Assembly (NCBI GenBank): GCA_965601625.1
Contig: CBFCWO010000006.1
Location: forward strand, 2,101-66,100
DNA: 64,000 nt
Source: an uncultured Flavobacteriaceae bacterium
Lineage (GTDB): Bacteria > Bacteroidota > Bacteroidia > Flavobacteriales > Flavobacteriaceae
Reading direction: 5' to 3'
Positions 58,041 through 64,000 of this stretch are shown in pieces. Numbering within the stretch: position 1 is the first letter of the stretch; each line of letters starts with the position of its first letter. A model generated the notes under the pieces. That model was given only the letters and a program-made list of their open reading frames with translations. It had not been told where the DNA came from and did not search any database. The position numbers were made by a program, and so were the translations under genes.

Positions 58041-60452
58041 CTAAAGCAGGGGAGGAAAATCTGCCGGCCTTACTTCGTGCATGATGCGGTAAGCCGCCTC
58101 AAAAATGTCCTCTGCGCTGGGCTTTGAGAAATAATCTCCATCACTGGCATAGGCCGGTCTGTGTGCTTTTGCCGTAAGGGTACGAGGCGGAGAGTCCAAA
58201 TACTGGTATCCGTTTTGTTCCTCCAGAATTTTTTGCAGCAGATAGGCGGCACATCCTCCGGGTACATCTTCATCTACGATCAACAGCCTGTTGGTTTTCT
58301 TAAGGGAGTCACTTACCCGGTGATCCAGATCGAAGGGCAGCAGACTTTGTGCATCGATGATTTCGGCATCAATCCCAACCTGTTCCAATTCCCGGGCCAC
58401 CTGCTGCACAATCCGGAAAGTGGAGCCATAGGACACGATCGTAAGGTCCTGTCCTGCTTTGACAACTTCAACTTTTCCGATGGGCGTGCATATCTCAGAC
58501 AAATTCTCGGGCACAGGTTCCTTGAGTCGATAACCATTTAGGCTTTCAACAATCAGGGCAGGCTCATCGCTTTTCAAAAGGGTGTTGTAAAAACCTGCGG
58601 CTTTGGTCATATTTCTGGGCACCAGGATATACATGCCCCGCAACAGGTGGATAATCCCCCCCATCTGTGATCCGGAATGCCAGATTCCCTCCAGGCGATG
58701 CCCTCTGGTACGAACGATTAGAGGAGCCTTTTGCTTTCCTACCGTGCGATAGAGCAAGGTGGCGAGATCATCGCTTAGGGTTTGCAATCCGTACAGGATA
58801 TAATCCAGGTATTGGATCTCGGCAATGGGGCGAAGACCCCTCAGTGCCATTCCAATTCCCTGACCGATGATGGTCGCTTCACGAATACCCGTATCCGCAA
58901 CCCGCAAAGGGCCATACTTTTTCTGCATCCCTTCCAGCCCCTGGTTTACATCACCAATAGCTCCACTGTCCTCTCCAAAGATGAGGACCTGGGGATACCT
59001 GGAGAACAACAGATCGAAATTGTCCCTGAGGATGATCCTCCCATCCACTTCCCTGGGTTCTGGACCGTAGACCGGTGCAACCTCTTCAATACGGGTGGCA
59101 TTTCCCGGCAATTCCGAATACAGATGCGAACTGTACAGGGGTTGTTTTTCCTCCATGTATTTCTGCACCCACTTCTGCAATGTGATTCTCGAAGGGTGCT
59201 CTTCACCAAGCACATACCTCAAGGCCTTTCGGGCCGTAATGAGCAGATGGCGCTTCAGCGGCTCTTCCACGGCGATCAGATCATTGATCAGCTTGTTGAT
59301 AAACGTCTTGTTGGGACTGGATTCTGCCAGGGACTTCAGCAGGCCGAGCAGCACCTGTTTCTGCGTTCTGTGTGGCTGGAGGAATTCAGCCCAGGCCTCT
59401 CTTTTAGCAGTCCTGACCTCTTTCCGGATCTGTTTTTCAAGACCCTGAAGCGCTTCTTCTTCAGCGATATTGTTGTCCAGGATCCATTGGCGGAATTTCA
59501 GGTTGCAATCGAACTCCCGTTCCCATTCCAGTCGCTCTTCCGATTTATATCGCTCATGCGATCCGGAAGTGGAATGTCCCTGGGGTTGTGTTAACTCCAT
59601 CACGTGGATAAGCACCGGAATATGGGATTCCCTGGCAATGTCTGCAGCGTTTTCATAGGTGTGGATCAGGGAGGTGTAATCCCATCCGCGTACCCGGAAC
59701 ATTTCAAACCCGGAATCCTCATCCGTTCGCTGGAAACCCTTGAGGATTTCCGAAATATTTTCTTTGGTGGTCTGATATTTGGCAGGAACCGAGATCCCGT
59801 ATTCATCATCCCATACGCTTAACACCATGGGGACCTGCATGACCCCGGCCGCATTGACCGTCTCGAAAAAGTGCCCTTCGCTGGTAGAGGCATTTCCAAT
59901 AGTGCCCCAGGCTACTTCATTTCCATTATTTGAGAAAAGCCCCGACGGGATTTCCTTGAGCTCCCGGTATATTTTTGAGGCCTGCGCCAGACCGAGGAGC
60001 CTGGGCATCTGGCCGCCGGTGGGTGAAATATCGGGGCTGCTGTTGGGCTGTGCCGTCAGGTCTTTCCAACTCCCATCCTCGTTCAGGCTATGGGTACCAA
60101 AATGCCCCCCCATTTGCCTTCCAGCACTCATGGGTTCCTTGTCCAGGTCTGTGGTGGCGTAAAGGCCATGGAAAAAGGCCTTTGGGGTTAAGAGGTCCAG
60201 CGCCATCATAAAGGTTTGGTCCCGGTAATAGCCACTCCGGAAATCACCATTTTTAAATGCCCGGGCCATAGCTAGCTGGGGGAGCTCCTTCCCATCGCCA
60301 AAGATCCCGAATTTCGCCTTACCCGTGAGTACCTCCCTCCGGCCCAGCAAGCTGCATTCACGGCTGGTCACCGCGATGCGGTAATCTTCCAGTATCTGCT
60401 CTTTGAAATCCTTGAAGGAAAGATCTTTTTCTGGGTCAAGTTGAATTTTCAT
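58041..60452 (-). CDS. 2-oxoacid dehydrogenase E1, fused alpha/beta subunits (ThDP-dependent)
   Basis: 'GYYRDQ', 'GNASTSEG' (ThDP motif variant), 'GHSTSG', 'DTGIRE', 'RPIAEIQY' and 'GIWHS'. Confidence 0.9.
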   Translation of the reverse strand: MKIQLDPEKDLSFKDFKEQILEDYRIAVTSRECSLLGRREVLTGKAKFGIFGDGKELPQLAMARAFKNGDFRSGYYRDQTFMMALDLLTPKAFFHGLYATTDLDKEPMSAGRQMGGHFGTHSLNEDGSWKDLTAQPNSSPDISPTGGQMPRLLGLAQASKIYRELKEIPSGLFSNNGNEVAWGTIGNASTSEGHFFETVNAAGVMQVPMVLSVWDDEYGISVPAKYQTTKENISEILKGFQRTDEDSGFEMFRVRGWDYTSLIHTYENAADIARESHIPVLIHVMELTQPQGHSTSGSHERYKSEERLEWEREFDCNLKFRQWILDNNIAEEEALQGLEKQIRKEVRTAKREAWAEFLQPHRTQKQVLLGLLKSLAESSPNKTFINKLINDLIAVEEPLKRHLLITARKALRYVLGEEHPSRITLQKWVQKYMEEKQPLYSSHLYSELPGNATRIEEVAPVYGPEPREVDGRIILRDNFDLLFSRYPQVLIFGEDSGAIGDVNQGLEGMQKKYGPLRVADTGIREATIIGQGIGMALRGLRPIAEIQYLDYILYGLQTLSDDLATLLYRTVGKQKAPLIVRTRGHRLEGIWHSGSQMGGIIHLLRGMYILVPRNMTKAAGFYNTLLKSDEPALIVESLNGYRLKEPVPENLSEICTPIGKVEVVKAGQDLTIVSYGSTFRIVQQVARELEQVGIDAEIIDAQSLLPFDLDHRVSDSLKKTNRLLIVDEDVPGGCAAYLLQKILEEQNGYQYLDSPPRTLTAKAHRPAYASDGDYFSKPSAEDIFEAAYRIMHEVRPADFPPLL

Positions 60453-60472
60453 CAGGGAGGTTCGGGTTTTTA

Positions 60473-60503
60473 CAAAGGTATCAAAGCCGGGTCTTTTTTA
60501 CAA
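60473..60503 (-). promoter_or_regulatory. Bacteroidota sigma-A promoter of the E1 gene
   Basis: Minus strand TTG (60503-60501)-N20-TACCTTTG (60480-60473), 20 nt upstream of the ATG. Confidence 0.65.
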
Positions 60504-60609
60504 TCACGGCTCCGATTTTTATTAACGATTTCTCAATAAATTTGTTATGTGTCGATTAAATATTATGAAAGTGTCAATATTTTCCTTAAATCTTATGAAT
60601 ATGGCAACG

Positions 60610-63456
60610 CTAAAACCACTTCCTCGTAAACAGGCCGATCAGGGTTCTGGGGCTTAGCGTTATGACGAAACGTATACGTTGCTCGTAGTTCGGACCGGCT
60701 ATTTCCCACCCATTGTTGGAGTAGAGCGGAAAGTAGAGCTCAAAATAATCGGTCACCAGATTCAGACGAATCCCAGAATCGTAGACGAAACGGGCAGGAA
60801 CTCCTTGATTCTTGAGAAATCCGACGTCACCGTAGAGTTCGATCCACCTCCAGATACCATAACTGGCATTCAGGGTCGTAAGCCATTCATTGGCAAATGG
60901 GTTTTCCAACTGTGATTTAAACCCTCCCTCGGCAATAATGATTTGCTGGCTGAATATCCCTGATTCTTCAGACCGCCCCAAATAATTGAAGTCAAACAGA
61001 TAATCCGTTGGACGGTCCAGGGCGAAACTGAAGAAGTCCGAGTCTGTATCGTTTCGAAGGAATACCCCCCCGAAGAATCTCAGGTTGATCTGCTGGTTGT
61101 TGATCAGGAGCTTCCGGTAGTCAAAATTTACGGACAGCTTTGTAAAGTCGGCGGAATGCTGTCCGTCGGCAAACCAGGAAAAATAGTTGATGATGTTGTT
61201 GTTCAGATAATTATACCGCACATTGAAGACACTGTAATCCGGATCTGTTTCCAGGTCTCCAAGTGCGGGATCGATATCCCGGAACACATTTACCCAACGC
61301 ATCAGGAGTGCACTTCGGATATTCGGGATCAGGTCATCCGGCCTCCAGCCAAAACTGACCGAAGGGGTGATGGTCGAATAGCGGGAATTGGTCTGGAAGT
61401 GAAATGTCGAACCTGTAAGCGCATAATTGGTTACATAGAACCCGCTTTTCCCGTGATAGTGCCGGTATAAAAGGGATCCGCTTCCGACCAAATTCTTTTC
61501 ACGCAGCGCATATTGAGGGGAAATACTGAAGGTAAAGGGGCGTTGCAAAAAGGTTTTGTTGGTCAGTCGCAAACCAGGGGCAAGACCGTCATAAATATTA
61601 AAGTCAAATACGGGGATATAAAACAGCTGGTTGTAATAAGGGTTTTCGGAATCCCTGAAAAACTGCAACTTCAAACGCTTGTTGCTGGACAAGAATCCCC
61701 CCAGGGATTTCCAGTTATCCCGCTGGTTGAATTCCGGGATCTTCTGATCGTAGTTAAGCACCAGGCGCTTTTCACCCAAATCCGGGATTTGAAAGGTTTG
61801 ATTGTCATGAAACCCTTCGAACCAATATTCAGAGACCACACTGTCCTTGAGTACCCCAAAAAGCGATATGGGAACCTCGGTTTGGGTCTTGTTGCGGATG
61901 GTCACCTGTATAGAATCGCGAATGCGTTCGACATCCGTGATCTTATAGTCGATCTGATCGCTGGTGGTCACGTAGGTGTCAAAGAACCAGTCGATGTCTT
62001 TGGTGGCATGTTTTTTCAGGGCGCGTTCAAAATCCTTAGCGGTGGCCTGTTTGAGCCTGTGATCATCAAAAAAATCCGTTATCGACTTTTCAATGGGGCC
62101 CCTCCCGATGTAGTCCTCCAGATACGCCAGGCCCAAACCCGCCTTATACCCATTGGCAATCTTTTGGTTGAACTTGATCAGGGAATCATTGGAAGTTATC
62201 AGGGACTGGTCCAGATTTCTCCTGGCCATGAGCATATACAGGAAGGAATACTGATCGTTAAAATCCATCTGCGCCAAATGGGTGCCTTTCAACAGCCAGA
62301 ACCTGGAAAGATCCCCGAGCAGGGTTTGATCCGGGTAGTAAGTTTCCACAAACCGGAACATCAGGTAGTTGATTATTGCATCGCTTACCCATTTCTCCTT
62401 TCGGGGGTTGAGGAATATGGACTCCCGCATATAGCTGATCAGCGCTGTTTTAAGAAATTTCATCTCAAACTGGAACTGCTCGTCATACGGTCGGATAAAG
62501 GAGGGAAGCTGGTTGAGTCCGTACAAGGGATTCTTATTGAAGTCGATTTCGCTCACCAACAATTGTTCATAGGGGAAATCGCCCAGATTCTCATGGATGA
62601 ATCCAATGATCCGATCGATGGAGATCCCCTGACGGATCTCGTCATACTTTCGGGATTGGATATCCGTCACAATAAACAGGTAAGGGGTAATGTGCTTCTG
62701 GAAGGGCCGGTAGGAATTGAGAATAACATCGCAGCTCTTGCGTTGATTTCCTTTTAAAGTGGCAAATTGCTTCCCCGGGAAACTGCTCAGGCTGAGATCA
62801 ACATAGTTGGTGCCAAGGTAGAGTGAGTCAGGGAAAATAAAGTTGATCGTGGTATTGGTAATGTCCGTATAGAGGTCTTCCAGGCTTTTGTTGGAATAGA
62901 GGTTCCAGGTACTGTCGTATACGGCCGGGGTAAGGTACCAGTCCTTGAGGTAATACCCACCAACGGGATCATAGCCGTAGGAGGTGTACTTGGTGGGGGG
63001 AAGCTTTACGGTGTAGGTAAACAGGAATCGGGTTGAGTCCCCTGGGGCAAGTGGCTGATTCAGGTCAAACCTTACAATATCCTTGCCCGGTAGACGCTCC
63101 CATGATACGTCCCGGTAATCGTCATCCGACACGCCAAGGATATCCGTTATTCCACGATCCTTGTCTTTCGCCAGGTGAAGGGATTTCCTGAATTCCTCAG
63201 CGAAGCGTTTGGCAAGGGCGGTGGTTTTATCAGAATAGGCGTTTGCCCAGTCATTGAAATAAAGCGCTTCCAGGGCATCCTCAGAATCATTGACGTAGGT
63301 GAACTCCTGCTGGATCTGCACTACGTTGGTTTCTTCATCCAGGGTGGCGTTCATTTTATTTTGATGCTGGGCGAAGATCCCGTAAGGAAGACTCCAGAGG
63401 CAAATAAGGGTGCACCAAAGAGGCAGGTGCTTTTTATATGCGGCGGGAAAGCCCAT
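60610..63456 (-). CDS. Large secreted M1/gluzincin-like protein lacking HExxH, with a probable C-terminal beta-barrel
   Basis: Signal peptide and an M1-like N-terminal region ('Y.N.S...L..LYFNDW.NA'). The C-terminus has alternating-aromatic strands and ends in F. Confidence 0.7.
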   Translation of the reverse strand: MGFPAAYKKHLPLWCTLICLWSLPYGIFAQHQNKMNATLDEETNVVQIQQEFTYVNDSEDALEALYFNDWANAYSDKTTALAKRFAEEFRKSLHLAKDKDRGITDILGVSDDDYRDVSWERLPGKDIVRFDLNQPLAPGDSTRFLFTYTVKLPPTKYTSYGYDPVGGYYLKDWYLTPAVYDSTWNLYSNKSLEDLYTDITNTTINFIFPDSLYLGTNYVDLSLSSFPGKQFATLKGNQRKSCDVILNSYRPFQKHITPYLFIVTDIQSRKYDEIRQGISIDRIIGFIHENLGDFPYEQLLVSEIDFNKNPLYGLNQLPSFIRPYDEQFQFEMKFLKTALISYMRESIFLNPRKEKWVSDAIINYLMFRFVETYYPDQTLLGDLSRFWLLKGTHLAQMDFNDQYSFLYMLMARRNLDQSLITSNDSLIKFNQKIANGYKAGLGLAYLEDYIGRGPIEKSITDFFDDHRLKQATAKDFERALKKHATKDIDWFFDTYVTTSDQIDYKITDVERIRDSIQVTIRNKTQTEVPISLFGVLKDSVVSEYWFEGFHDNQTFQIPDLGEKRLVLNYDQKIPEFNQRDNWKSLGGFLSSNKRLKLQFFRDSENPYYNQLFYIPVFDFNIYDGLAPGLRLTNKTFLQRPFTFSISPQYALREKNLVGSGSLLYRHYHGKSGFYVTNYALTGSTFHFQTNSRYSTITPSVSFGWRPDDLIPNIRSALLMRWVNVFRDIDPALGDLETDPDYSVFNVRYNYLNNNIINYFSWFADGQHSADFTKLSVNFDYRKLLINNQQINLRFFGGVFLRNDTDSDFFSFALDRPTDYLFDFNYLGRSEESGIFSQQIIIAEGGFKSQLENPFANEWLTTLNASYGIWRWIELYGDVGFLKNQGVPARFVYDSGIRLNLVTDYFELYFPLYSNNGWEIAGPNYEQRIRFVITLSPRTLIGLFTRKWF

Positions 63457-63459
63457 AAA

Positions 63460-64000
63460 TCAGAAGTTCGGTGCGAGCACGTGACCTTTGTAAAATGAAT
63501 CGATGGTGGTGACCACTTCCTCAGGGGTATCGACAAGTTTGATGAGATTCAGGTCATCTGGATGTATATTGCCGGCTTTCAGCAAAGTGCCTTTGATCCA
63601 TTCAAGCAACCCTTCCCAAAATTCCGTGCCCACAAGGATTATGGGAAATTGAGCAATTTTTTCCGTCTGGATAAGGGTCATGGCCTCGAATAATTCGTCC
63701 AGGGTTCCAAACCCGCCGGGCAAGACCACAAAGCCCTGGGCGTACTTCACAAACATGACTTTGCGCACAAAAAAGTAGTCAAAGTCCAGGCTTTTGTCTT
63801 CGTCTATGTAGGGGTTGTCGTTTTGTTCAAAGGGTAGATCGATGTTCAATCCAACCGACGTGCCCCCGGCTGCACTGGCCCCTTTGTTGCCAGCCTCCAT
63901 AATACCCGGGCCTCCTCCGGTAATGATCCCGTATCCGGCTTCGGAGAGTTGCTGACAAATATCCACAGCGAGTTGGTAATAGGGGTGGTCGGGCTTAGTG
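63460..64000 (-). CDS. LOG family / TIGR00730 Rossmann-fold nucleotide hydrolase, 5' end truncated by the window edge
   Basis: 'TGGGPGIMEAGN', 'FFVRKVMF' and 'PGGFGTLDE'. The frame stays open to the edge (...TKPDHPYYQLAV). Confidence 0.93.
   Translation of the reverse strand, partial: TKPDHPYYQLAVDICQQLSEAGYGIITGGGPGIMEAGNKGASAAGGTSVGLNIDLPFEQNDNPYIDEDKSLDFDYFFVRKVMFVKYAQGFVVLPGGFGTLDELFEAMTLIQTEKIAQFPIILVGTEFWEGLLEWIKGTLLKAGNIHPDDLNLIKLVDTPEEVVTTIDSFYKGHVLAPNF

Noticed and set aside
60537-60655. Plus-strand TAAATTTG followed by a 30-codon ORF (MKVSIFSL...) antisense to the pseudopeptidase 3' end
   Set aside because: The octamer is expected by chance in AT-rich DNA, and the ORF is short with no supporting features.
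61513-62757. 414-aa plus-strand ORF
   Set aside because: Entirely antisense to the 948-aa gene, with no recognisable motifs; a typical shadow ORF.
1-64000. tRNA/rRNA genes, CRISPR arrays, IS elements, prophage, recoding or frameshift sites
   Set aside because: None recognised. Intergenic gaps are short and all main genes appear intact, though a tRNAscan/Infernal/ISEScan run would be needed to exclude them formally.

Overview
Gene-dense chromosomal segment of a Bacteroidota bacterium. Flavobacteriaceae is the likely family, inferred from gene content, TAnnTTTG-type promoter elements and Gln-starting secreted proteins. About 48 protein-coding genes are supported. Most are housekeeping or conserved flavobacterial genes: tilS, dsbD, comM/yifB, pxpABC with a transporter, ilvDBNC-gapN, leuCD-cimA, recG, uvrD/pcrA, holA, a fused 2-oxoacid dehydrogenase E1 and a LOG-family gene truncated at the right edge. 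I saw no rRNA, tRNA, CRISPR array, transposase, integrase or phage gene. The least-explained parts are: (i) an outer-membrane module of a TonB-dependent receptor, two Cys-rich DUF4249-like lipoproteins and a secreted 'plug without barrel' protein (8.6-15.7 kb); (ii) an accessory stretch at 15.7-24.3 kb with an output-less TM-TolB-TPR protein, a highly self-complementary leader before a serine hydrolase, a Tat-signal PLP aminotransferase paired with a membrane-anchored M20 hydrolase, and a Zn-finger/degenerate DUF559-like protein paired with a 3-TM protein behind a 14-bp palindrome; (iii) a kinase-aminotransferase fusion; and (iv) an M1-like pseudopeptidase with a probable C-terminal beta-barrel. 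All family assignments come from motif recognition by eye and no searches were run, so novelty claims are hypotheses. No single clearly new system is proven by the sequence alone.
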